The notes under the pieces were generated by a model. It ran no database searches, was not told where the DNA came from, and was given only the letters and a program-made list of their open reading frames with translations. Shown one piece after another: positions 13,001-23,697 of a DNA stretch of 64,000 nucleotides. Position numbers and translations under genes: made by a program. This DNA is from Eledone cirrhosa (Eukaryota). The stretch lies in NCBI GenBank assembly GCA_964016885.1, contig OZ024740.1, positions 334,428,001 through 334,492,000 of the forward strand. The letters run 5' to 3'. Each line of letters starts with the position of its first letter. Positions within the stretch are counted from its first letter, which is position 1.

Positions 13001-13001
<1 letters not shown>

Positions 13002-13074
13002 CTTGAATCTCAGTCATTGATGTTGGTTAACTGGAAAGTCCGTTGGATTGAATATCAAGCCACTACCTGCAGCC

Positions 13075-16000
13075 TCAGATATTCAGGACGTATCGGAGGG
13101 TTCTTGCCGTTCCAAGCAAGCATGCCTTTTGAAGCGTTCCAAAAAGCGTGAAGGGGCCGATTTTCTTTAACCATCCCTGGAAACCTTTGGAGATAGTCCC
13201 CAGTGCGCCTATGACAATCGGGATCACTTTGACTTCATGGCAGTTCCAAATCCTTTTCACCTCCCACTTTAGGTCCTGGTATCGGTTAATTTTCTCCCTC
13301 TCCTTCTCTTGCACTCTCGTGTCGAACGGGCAGGCCACATCCACAATCAGGCACGATCTTTTTTCTTTGTCCACAACCACCAGGTCAGGTCTATCGTGTT
13401 CCAGTTTTTTGTCCGTCTGTATCCTAAAATCCCACAGCACCTTCACCTGACTGTTCTCCATCACCGCCTCTGGCCTATGCTCATACCATTTCTCAGAATG
13501 TGGTAGATTGTTTACTTTGCACAGGTGCCAGTGGATCACCCTGCCCATCACATCGTGTCTCCAGCCCTTATAGTGGGTCTGGGCTAGGTGTTTACACTCG
13601 GACACAATGTGAGCCACAGTCTCCTCTCTCTCTCCACAGATCCTGCACAGTGGGCTAGCCTCCTCCTTGTAGATATGGTGCTTCAACCACTTCGTTTTGA
13701 GGGCCTGCTCCTGCGCAGCCATTAGCATTCCTTCTGTAGCCTTTTTGAGGTCTCCTCTTCTCAACCAGTTCCATGTCTGTGGATCTCTAAATTCAGTTTT
13801 CTCAAAGAAGATACTATGAAGGGATTTTCCCTTAAGGCTGCTCTTCCTCCTTGATGTTATTTCCTCCTTGGGTATCCCCTGGCCTACTGTCCCCTCCTTC
13901 AGTACAGCTCTGAGCATTGGCTCCTTACTATAGGTCACGTATTTGTATAGGTTGTTTTTCTCCATCTGAACACAGTCCTCTATGCTGATAAGACCTCTTC
14001 CACCCTCAGATCTCCTTAGGTAGAGTCTATCGACATCACTCCTCTTGTGGAACATGTTGTAGATAGTGAATAGCTTCCTAGTCTTCCTATCCATTTCTTT
14101 TTGTTCAGCAACATTCCATCTCAGAATTCCCGCACTGTACCTAATAATAGACACAGCTCGGGAATTTACTGCGCTTATGGCATTTCTGCTGTTCAGATGT
14201 GACTTCAATACGCTCCTTACTCTCCGAATGTATTCAGTTCTTAACAATTCCTTCATTTTTTTGTTCTTTATGCCATCAGCCTCCAGAACGCCCAAATACT
14301 TGTATCCTTCCTCAGAGTCAATTTCCTTTATCATCTCACCTGTTGGTATCTGGATCCCGTTACTTCTGCTCAACCTACCCCTCCTCATCACAATGACTCC
14401 ACATTTACCAATACCAAACTGCATACATATATCACTGCTGAAAATACGGACAGTGTCAACAAGCACATCCAACTCCTTCTCACTTTTCCCGAAGAGCTTA
14501 AGATCGTCCATGAAGAGGAGGTGATTGATGGTAAGCTCTCCCCTTCCCAACTTGTATCCTGCTCTCACTTTTCGCAGCATAATGGTCAAGGGCATCAGGG
14601 CAAGGACAAACAACAGAGGGGACAGGCTATCTCCCTGGAAGATACCTCTCTTGATCTTCACGCTTCCCAAGGATACTCCAGTTGATGTCAACTCTGTCTG
14701 CCAGGACCCCATACTCCTGCCCAGCAACTGTCTGATGTTATCTGCCACCCTGAAGATCTCCAGGCTTTTGGTGATCCAGGAATGAGGCACCATGTCAAAT
14801 GCCTTTCTGTAGTCTATCCATCCCATGGCAAGATCAGTGTGTCTCCTCCTGCAATTCCCCATTACCATCTTATCAATAAGCAACTGGTCCTTTGTACCAC
14901 GTGACTTCTTTCGGCATCCTTTCTGTTCGTCCGGCAACAAGTTGTTTGTGTGGAGGTGATGGTAGATTTCCTCAGACACAATGCTCGTCAACAGTTTCCA
15001 CATTACGGGCAGACATGTGATAGGTCTATAGTTGGTAACATCATTACCCTTGATTCGGTCTTTCATTATCAGAACTGTGGTACCTTTTGTTAACCACTCT
15101 GGCACCTCACCCGACACCAAGCAGTCATTGAACATGGCCGTCAGCTTCGGGTGGAGGGATGTTAAATGTTTAATCCAATACCCCTGCACACCATCTGGGC
15201 CTGGTGATTTCCAGTTGGTTAGTTTTTTGGCTTGCCCCTTAAGAGTTTCAACTGTGATACTCAAATCAGTCTGTTGCTGTGCCTGCTCACCGATCTCCCT
15301 CTGTACTGTCTCAATCCACCCTGCCTGGGCATTGTGTCTAACATCCTGCTCCCATATTCCTCTCCAGAATGTTTTAGCTTGTTCCGCCCCAGGGATCAAG
15401 TCGGTGCCTCTTTCTTTCCCCTCAAGCTGTCCAAACAGCATCTTCTGGTTGTTGTCGAACATGCGGTTCTGTTTATACTGACTGACTCTGTTCTCGTATC
15501 GCCTGATTTTGGCACTCTTTGCTACAATGCGTTGCTTCAATTCCTCTATGATAATATTTAGCTTTTTACTCCTAGTTTTGTATTTTATTTCCAGTCTATT
15601 TTTAGTGCCTATGTTTTTTAGTGTCCCATTCAGTAGTGACTCAAGCTTTCCTATGTCATTTCTCATTTCCCCGATTTGCCCACTCAGTCGCTTCTTCCAC
15701 CACGGCTCTGCTCTTTCTTGTCTGTTGTTTCCTCTCGCTTTTATACCAAGTAGTTTCCTCACCGTATTTGCTGTTGCTTTGAGGATATTGTTGCACTGGT
15801 GAAGACTCCTCGCCTCAAGGTATGGGATGACTTTGTTTACCTTAGCTGTTGTTTCTTTTAACTTTTTCCTGTCTACAAATCTTAGGTTCATAGGTCTCCC
15901 ACTATCATTGTTCAACTCATCTACCACTAAATTTAGGATGTCAACCGAATCTTGTCCTAGCCCGTCAGCATTCATCTCCTCAGTGGCCGTATCTCTGTTC

Positions 16001-16467
16001 CAGGTATTATTTATCTCAGTATTCAGATCATTGTCTGCTTCGGGTGGTTCCTCCGCTCTCAGGACCTCCTCACCTTCATTTCCCGCCGGCTCGCTTGTCT
16101 GGCATACTACACCCGCCATCTCCAAGCCATTCTCTCTGCTCAGTTCCTCCAGTTCCAGCTCGCTTATCCACCCATTAGTTCTTATTACCCGAGCCTGCCC
16201 GGCCAATTTTTGTTCATCTAATTTAAATAAACCAATCTCGTTCCAGATGTTATGCATCCGTCTCCTGTAGCCCCTCTCCTTGGGGTTACTTTTCAGGTAG
16301 CATTGCATAACAGTTCTATTCAATTCTTTCGTCCAGTTGGTTCTGGCCCCTTTCCTTCTTCTTCTTCCTCCAACATCAGCAGTATTTCGTTGACAGTCAG
16401 GTTCCTGCTGCTGAGCCAGGGGGCACCTGTTGGGTGAGAGTCTGTCACATGACGTTCTAGTCTCCAT
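13075..16467 (-). CDS. Non-LTR retrotransposon protein (RT, CCHC, RLE), R4/Dong-like, 1130 aa
   Basis: Motifs WKSPGPDG, NYRPITCL, WIDYRKAFD, GIFQGDSLSPLLF, HLLFMDDLKLF, CRICG...HIVSEC, RHD, RPDLVVVDK...DVACP, EKINRY and PIVIGALG. Confidence 0.96.
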   Translation of the reverse strand: METRTSCDRLSPNRCPLAQQQEPDCQRNTADVGGRRRRKGARTNWTKELNRTVMQCYLKSNPKERGYRRRMHNIWNEIGLFKLDEQKLAGQARVIRTNGWISELELEELSRENGLEMAGVVCQTSEPAGNEGEEVLRAEEPPEADNDLNTEINNTWNRDTATEEMNADGLGQDSVDILNLVVDELNNDSGRPMNLRFVDRKKLKETTAKVNKVIPYLEARSLHQCNNILKATANTVRKLLGIKARGNNRQERAEPWWKKRLSGQIGEMRNDIGKLESLLNGTLKNIGTKNRLEIKYKTRSKKLNIIIEELKQRIVAKSAKIRRYENRVSQYKQNRMFDNNQKMLFGQLEGKERGTDLIPGAEQAKTFWRGIWEQDVRHNAQAGWIETVQREIGEQAQQQTDLSITVETLKGQAKKLTNWKSPGPDGVQGYWIKHLTSLHPKLTAMFNDCLVSGEVPEWLTKGTTVLIMKDRIKGNDVTNYRPITCLPVMWKLLTSIVSEEIYHHLHTNNLLPDEQKGCRKKSRGTKDQLLIDKMVMGNCRRRHTDLAMGWIDYRKAFDMVPHSWITKSLEIFRVADNIRQLLGRSMGSWQTELTSTGVSLGSVKIKRGIFQGDSLSPLLFVLALMPLTIMLRKVRAGYKLGRGELTINHLLFMDDLKLFGKSEKELDVLVDTVRIFSSDICMQFGIGKCGVIVMRRGRLSRSNGIQIPTGEMIKEIDSEEGYKYLGVLEADGIKNKKMKELLRTEYIRRVRSVLKSHLNSRNAISAVNSRAVSIIRYSAGILRWNVAEQKEMDRKTRKLFTIYNMFHKRSDVDRLYLRRSEGGRGLISIEDCVQMEKNNLYKYVTYSKEPMLRAVLKEGTVGQGIPKEEITSRRKSSLKGKSLHSIFFEKTEFRDPQTWNWLRRGDLKKATEGMLMAAQEQALKTKWLKHHIYKEEASPLCRICGEREETVAHIVSECKHLAQTHYKGWRHDVMGRVIHWHLCKVNNLPHSEKWYEHRPEAVMENSQVKVLWDFRIQTDKKLEHDRPDLVVVDKEKRSCLIVDVACPFDTRVQEKEREKINRYQDLKWEVKRIWNCHEVKVIPIVIGALGTISKGFQGWLKKIGPFTLFGTLQKACLLGTARTLRYVLNI

Positions 16468-17036
16468 TTCACCGTTATTCGAACTGTTTATGTTCGATAT
16501 TTAAACACTCTTATCGAGGATTGGCGAATGTATGTTTACATAGCCATCTGTGGATCCGCCATCCCACTTGGCCCTTGTGTGGCATTATCACCACGCTGTA
16601 TACGGACACACATAAACAAACAAACACACGGGCAGAAAGGGCCCCAAAAATGAATAAGCATAAGTTTCATTGTAATGTAGTATTCGAATGTCTGACTTAG
16701 TTTTTGTTTTTTAAGTTTTACTTTTTCCCCCCTCTTCTCTGTCCGTCCGCCTGCTTCTCTCTTCATTCTTATTTTCTTTACGTTTTTGGGGTTTCTTTTT
16801 TTGTTTTTGTTTTTCTCTGTTTTTCTCGTTTTTTACTGTTGTTGCTGTGCTGCTTTTGTTGTTTGTTTTTTCTTTTTTCTTTTGAGTCTATCTATATATT
16901 TTGATGCCTTCCTCTTTGTTGGTAGTAGGAATTCTATAATGTGGAAGTGGTAGCCAGCAGAGACTAGCGGCGTTGGCGATACTGAGACAGTGGTGGCGGT
17001 GATGTCGATACCGAGGCAGTGGTGGCGGTGATGCGA

Positions 17037-18012
17037 CCGTATTACTGTAGTGATGGTGCTGTAGCGGTGGCAGCAGCAGTGAAGGAGTCAGGGGGTGGTG
17101 GCGGCGGTGATGGGATAGTGGTGGTAATGATGGCCGTAGTGAGCGGTGGCGGTGAAGGTGAAAATGCTGTTGTGTTTAGTGTACACAGATGATGGGGTGG
17201 GTGGTGTATCTAGTTTCTGGTGTTGGTGAGTTTCGCTGTCCTATATAGTGTAGCCAGAGGAGAGGAGGGGGGGGTTCTTCTTCTTCCATTTATAGCCATT
17301 TTATTTTTTTTTTTTTTTTTGGATATACAGTGTACAATACAAAGTTGAATATTTGAATATTTGAGCCGTATTACTGTAGTGATGGTGCTGTAGCGGTGGC
17401 AGCAGCAGTGAAGGAGTCAAGGGGTGGTGGCGGCGGTGATGGGATAGTGGTGGTAATGATGGCCGTAGTGAGCGGTGGCGGTGAAGGTGAAAATGCTGTT
17501 GTGTTTAGTGTACACAGATTATGGGGTGGGTGGTGTATCTAGTTTCTGGTGTTGGTGAGTTTCGCTGTCCTATATAGTGTAGCCAGAGGAGAGGAGGGGG
17601 GGGGGGTTCTTCTTCTTCCATTTATAGCCATTTTATTTTTTTTTTTTGGATATACAGTGTACAATACAAAGTTGAATATTTGAATATTTGAGCCGTATTA
17701 CTGTAGTGATGGTGCTGTAGCGGTGGCAGCAGCAGTGAAGGAGTCAAGGGGTGATGGCGGCGGTGATGGGATAGTGGTGGTAATGATGGCCGTAGTGAGC
17801 GGTGGCGGTGAAGGTGAAAATGCTGTTGTGTTTAGTGTACACAGATGATGGGGTGGGCGGTGTATCTAGTTTCTGGTGTTGGTGAGTTTAGCTGTCCTAT
17901 ATAGTGTAGCCAGAGGAGAGGAGGGGGGGGGGTTCTTCTTCTTCCATTTATAGCCATTTTTTTTTTGGATATACAGTGTACAATACAAAGTTGAATATTT
18001 GAATATTTGAGC
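17037..18012. repeat. Three tandem copies of a ~325-bp unit in the A2 5' UTR
   Basis: Units start at 17037, 17366 and 17693 (ccgtattactgtagtgatgg...gaatatttgag). The equivalent region of A3 (~33597-33887) has a single copy. Confidence 0.95.
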
Positions 18013-18127
18013 CTTATAACAATATATTTTGGGTCCGAATTTTTTGGGGCTCAAGCCGGGTGCTTTACGTAGCATTTGTACGTAAGTTTTGAATTTTTAA
18101 CATATTTAAATCATTTGTGAAATAACA

Positions 18128-18128
<1 letters not shown>

Positions 18129-18192
<64 letters not shown>
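18129..18192. repeat. (TTA)n tract at the 5' end of A2
   Basis: Seen directly in the sequence. Confidence 0.98.
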
Positions 18193-18594
18193 CAACCAGG
18201 AAAAGTCGGTGGGCCTGCTACTCGGCACCTGGAGAGGCAGGTCCATGCCGTCCAACGGCGTCGTCGGGCGTTGGACGGACGGACCGTTAAAATGCTAGGG
18301 GTCTGGTTCGGTCCGGACCTCCAGACGGACAAAAACTGGGACGAGGTGACGAGCAGGGTGGCTTCTCTCACCCAGAAATGGTCGGAGAGGAAGCTATCCC
18401 TGAAAGATCGAGCGGAGGTGGCTACCGCGTACATCGCGCCCGTCATCTACTACCGCCTGACCGTCGTGTTTTGTCCTAAGCCTAGCCTAACTGCGCTGTA
18501 GCGTTTGCTCTTTCGCTTTTTGTGGAAGGGACGCGCTCCGATGGTCAGGCGGTCTATCTGCTGTCAACACCCGCTACGTGGAGGGCTGGGTATG
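18191..18594 (+). pseudogene. Internal ~400-bp fragment of Tx1-clade ORF2
   Basis: Closely matches ~27983-28387 (LLGVWFGPDLQTDKNWDEVTSRVASLTQKW). Confidence 0.93.
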
Positions 18595-21500
18595 AAAGAA
18601 CACACATACAAACACATACATCTTTAGGTGTTTAGACTTGTGATGTACTTATATTGACAGAATCTTCCTTAGCATATGGGCAGTTCCCATTAGCACTATC
18701 TTTTGTATTTCTCCTATACCACTGGTATTGTTTAGTTCTCAATTTCCACATTTTTCCAATTTCTATCTCCAGGTCCTTATACTTGCTCAATTTTTCAAAT
18801 GTTTTTATAGATACATTCTTGTCTATTGGAACGGACATATCAATTAGCAGGCATACCCTCTTTTTAAAGTCCTTCAGTATTATATCAGGTCTATTTGCAT
18901 CTATTTTTCGGTCTGTTTGGATGCTAAAGTTCCACAAGATTGAGATGTGATCTTTTTCATGTATAGGTTGTGGTTGATGCTCCCACTAATTCTTTTCATG
19001 GGGCAGGTCAAAACGCTTACACATTATCCAATGTATGTATTGTACAGCTCTGTCATGCCTGTTTAGGTATTCGGTTGGAGCTATAGGACTGCACATTGAA
19101 ATTATATGATCAATGGTGTGTGGTTGTATTTTACATACACGGCATAATGGGTTGCATCCATTTTTTATTATGTTTGCTTGGTAATTTTTTGTTGGCAGAC
19201 ACTGATATTGTGCTGATATACTCAGTCCTTCAGTCTCCGATTTAAGTCCAGAGGATGCCAACCACTGATGGGTTAAAGTTTTGTCAACATCAGGATTGTT
19301 AGCTCTTTCTGGGTATTTTCTATACAGAGGCTTTTCTTGCCATTTCTTAGCCAGTTTCTGTAGCATTTCTTTCTTTGCAGTTACTTTTATCTACTTTGCC
19401 TTTTCTGTGTTTTCCATTTCAGCAGTAAATGGAACTTCTGAAATTTGTAGTCCATTACTGTATCTTTGTGCCTCTTTTGTAATGGAGTATGATCTTTTGA
19501 TAATTTCGTGTTTCAAAACGAGTTTAATCATCCAATCATGTGATTCCCTTAGATATATAGATAATCCAATTGTTGCAGTTTTCAACGCAATATCTAACTG
19601 GATTAACCCACGTCTTTCCTAGGGAGATATATTCTATCTGTATCTGCCTTAGGGTGATGCATTCTGTGCATGGTTAAGAATTTTCTTATTTTTGTATCGA
19701 GCCTACGGATCTCTGTGCTTGACCAGTTGATGACATTGTAACTGTAGGTTACTACTGGTATGGCAAGCGTGTATATTGCATCGATCCTATTCCTTGCACT
19801 CAATTCCGTTCTTAAGATTGCTCTTACTCTGCGGTAACATTCCTTCCTTATCCTTTCCCTCATTGTCCAGTGCTTGATTCCATCTCCTTCACAAACACCT
19901 AGATATGTGTCAGTTTCTTCTTGATCAAGTTCTCTTATCACATTTCCCCGATCAAGATTAATCTCTGAACTTTTCAGCAGCTTCATCTGGTGAACGTTGC
20001 TTTGGCGCATTTATCTAGTCCAAACTCCATGTTAATGTCATCACTGAACTGCTCCACAGTGGATAATAGCCCTTGCAATTGTTCCTCATTGTTTGCAAAT
20101 AGTTTCAGGTCATCCATGTAGTACAAGTGATTACTGGTTTTGTCATAGACTTTATATCCATGTTTTGTTTCATTGAGCATTTTACTTAATGGTATAAATG
20201 CGATACCGAATAAAAGTGGTGATAAAGAGTCACCCTGAAAAATTCCACGATTAATATTAACTTCTCCAGCTTCCAGTGATTTTTTTTCACTATTCAAAAG
20301 GTGTGTCCTTTTCCATGTCTTCATACTGAATGACAAAAAGCTCCTGACAACGGGGGATGTTTTGAAAATCTCTAAACATTTTTCAATCCAACTGTGTGGC
20401 AAACTATCGAATGCTTTTTTATAATCTATCCAAGCAATCGATAGATTTTTGTGTCTATTATGACAATCTTCCAGTATCATTTTGTTAACCAGAAGCTGAT
20501 CCTTACAGCCATATGAGCCTCGTTTACACCCTTTCTGCTCAATGGGAAATAGGTCATTTGTTATCAGGTGGTCATATGTGTATTCAGTTAGGACTGATGT
20601 TAAAATGTTATGCATTGTGGTCAAGGAAGTTATCGGTCTGTAAATTTGGGGATTGTTTGTCTCATCATTCTTCGGAAGCAGGAATCTAATGCCGTTAACT
20701 AGCCATAATGGTATCTTTTCTGACTCCTTAACTATTTCATTGTAAAGTTGGGCTCACAGCTCATGAGACTCTGTGAAAATTTGTATTTTGTCTTTTCCTG
20801 GGGATTTCCATTTGCTGGTTTTTCTTAGAGCCAAACGCAACTATTCAACTGTTATATTTTCCCATATTTGTTCATCAAAGTGAGCTGTATCTTTAATTTG
20901 TCTGTCTATCCATGGGGCATGTATATTATGAACTTTTTCTTCGGCCCAGATCTTTTCCCAGAATTCTTGCACTTCCTCCTTGGGTGGTATTGATTTAGCA
21001 GTTATTGTTGACTTACCAATTTTTCTGTAGAAGTTTCTTTGATTGGTTTTGAACATATTATTGTCCTTATAGAATCTAGATCGTTTTTCAAAGCGCCTTA
21101 TACGAGCAGCTTTGGCTGACACTTTTTGCTTGATTATTTCTATCAGCACTTGTTGGTTTTATACTGTACTTTCTTTTCAATTTTCTAAGTTTAGTTTGTT
21201 TAACATGTTCACCTACTTTATAGTTTTTTTAAATTTCTATGTCAGATCGGAGAAGGTTTATTTGGCGCTTGATGTTCTCTTGCCAAGTAGATTTCTTGTG
21301 GGAACTCCTTTGTTTTTTCATCTTCACTCCACATAAGTGAGTGGTGATTGTAGCCGATGCATAATAGAGATGATTTAAATCAGTAATGTTTAGTTTGTTT
21401 GTGATGATAATGTTTTTGATAATTATGTTAGTCTTGTGTATTATCTTTTGGTTTTGTTTGGAGTTCTGGATCTTAGGGAGGGTGTCTCGTTCCCCCATGT

Positions 21501-23351
21501 CAGATTCTTTCATTTTCATCCATTCGATCATAATTTCATCCTTCAAGTTGGCAAGTTCATTCTCATTCCTTTCTTTATTATTTACGATATCATTGTTTTC
21601 ATTTGGAGTTTCATCTTGAGCATGCACTCCCTCCACTTTTTCGTGTCAGTGATTCCGCCCCAACCCTGGGATTCGAAGTGTTACAATTTACCTCGTTTTC
21701 ACTGACACATGTTTCATTTTCCCTTCGCTGACTTTGTGCTAATAGCTTGATCTGATCAATTTCTATATCAGTTAGTAACTTTTTCTTAACAATATTTCTT
21801 CGTATATTGGCTAGTTTGTTACTGTCAATATAGCTTCTGTTTTCGGGATGTTTCTTTTTCCAGTTGATATATGTCTGTTCTGTATTCGATGTATTTGATG
21901 GGTAGTACATGGCAGTGTAGAAAGCCTCAAGGACTTCTTTATTATCTTCCCTTGACCATTTTTCTCTCTTTTTCTTTGGATTTCTTGGTGGTGAGCATGG
22001 AGGGCCAACAGTAGGAGTATTCCGGTTATGGGAGGTCTCCAGCTCCGATGTGATGGGAAGGTTTGAACCATTAGCTGATTTTTCGACCCCAGTCTGGTTC
22101 CTCTCTGAGGGACGCGGCCCTTTTTGACCCGAGTGACGGCCGATCCGGTATAAGATTTTATCATTAGACATTTACTTTATTTTGTCGCGTTTTATCCTTT
22201 CCGCCAAGGGGTAATCATTTCGTGTTACCACTTCTAGAACGAGTGTCAACCAAGACTAGAGGGGTCGTTCTCCCCTAGAGACACGGCTATTCCCCGCCGG
22301 CCGCCATCCCGGTATTTCTTGGTCACGGGGTTTTCTTTTTTGTTGTTTTTTTAAATTGTTATTATCATGAGTGGTTCCTTAATATGAGCATTGCGTGGCT
22401 TAAGAATGAAATTATTAATAATTGTCTCCACTCCAGGCACAGGGCCAGCAATTACCCAGTGTATTACAATAATATAAAATACTTTTTGCTGAAGTTGCCT
22501 CTTATTGTTGTTAGCTATGTCGATGGTGGTGCTGGGGCTTTTTATATTGTTGGTGGGGAAGGGGGGAGCCAGCAGTGCTATAGTTGTTGACGTTTGGCCG
22601 GTGGCCGGGTCACTAAGTCAATCTATTTATATATTTTGCTAGCCTCTCCCTTATCTAGTGATACCGCCACCTTCCCCTTTCTTAAGTTAACAGAAGGTAA
22701 TGGGGAATAATGGTGGTAGCAATGAAGGAGTGGTGGAGGCGGTGATGGGATAGTGGTAGCAATGATGGATGGAGTGGTGGCGGCGGTGGCGTTGTCGTTA
22801 CTGAGTTTTGTTGAATAGACTGTAGTTTTGTTTGATCTGTAGTATCTATGCGTTTGTTTCGCGTATGTTTAATATGTGTGTTGACATATTCTCTTAATAT
22901 TGGATTTAAACATTTTGTTAAAACTCGAGACATTAATAATAGTAATTATTATTATGATGCTGGGATTGGTGGTGGTGGTGATGAAATTGCCGTTATCTGG
23001 CTGTTATATTTAGCGTACACAGCGGGGTGATGGGGTAGGTGGTGTATCTAGTTTCTGGTGTTGATGAAATTGGTGTTACTTGGCTGTTCTATATAGTGTA
23101 GACAGAGGGGGTTTCTTTCATTTATAACCATTTTCTTTTTTGAATATAAAATATATAATACAAAATTGAATATTTGAGCGATATAACAATATATTATGGA
23201 TCCGAATTTTTATGAGACTTGATTCGGTGGTTTATGCATCGTTTGTACTAAGAATTGTTATTTCACAATTGATTTAAATATGTTAAAAATCAAAAACTTG
23301 CGGGAGTGATTTCATGACCTTCTACCACCACGTGCGTCTTATTCCCTTATC
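18595..23351 (-). pseudogene. Decayed family B copy B2 with stops, frameshifts, deletions and a missing 3' tip
   Basis: ORF fragments at 18632-22171 are collinear with the 1216-aa ORF, and the 5' UTR and 5' terminus match B1. Confidence 0.95.
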
Positions 23352-23479
<128 letters not shown>

Positions 23480-23697
23480 GAATACTATGGTTGACAGAGG
23501 CTCGGCTCTGTAAGGTATTGTAAATTTTGAACGGTATAACAATTGTAAATTGTTTAAAACTTTTACCAACTTGTAGACAAAAACACCCTCCTCCCCGTGA
23601 GAGGGGTCTTTCTGTCCGTTATTTGGCCCTTCGGGATTAAATAACTGCTCATTGGGGTTTTGTTTCCAATATTTATTTTAAACAAAAAAAAATCAAC

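Larger units (their letters stand above)
13001..18130 (-). mobile_element. Intact R4/Dong-like RLE non-LTR retrotransposon, family A copy A2
   Basis: Intact ORF, ~75-nt 3' UTR and long 5' UTR, with (TTA)n on both sides. Confidence 0.93.

Noticed and set aside
16571-16643. Possible HDV-like ribozyme in the family A leader (GGCCCUU/AAGGGCC 7-bp stem)
   Set aside because: No P3/L3 with the CC motif, no P1.1 G and no P2 partner could be placed.
16536-16766. 76-aa upstream ORF in the family A leader (also 33070-33300)
   Set aside because: It runs through a low-complexity A-rich tract, is shared only by two near-identical copies and is not preserved in A4.
17037-18012. CRISPR-like or satellite interpretation of the tandem repeat
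   Set aside because: The units are ~325 bp, contiguous, lack unique spacers and lie inside a retroelement UTR in eukaryotic DNA.
18045-18062. ggggctcaagccggg resembling a twister ribozyme P4 segment
   Set aside because: It is antisense to the element and lacks the other twister elements and pseudoknot partners.
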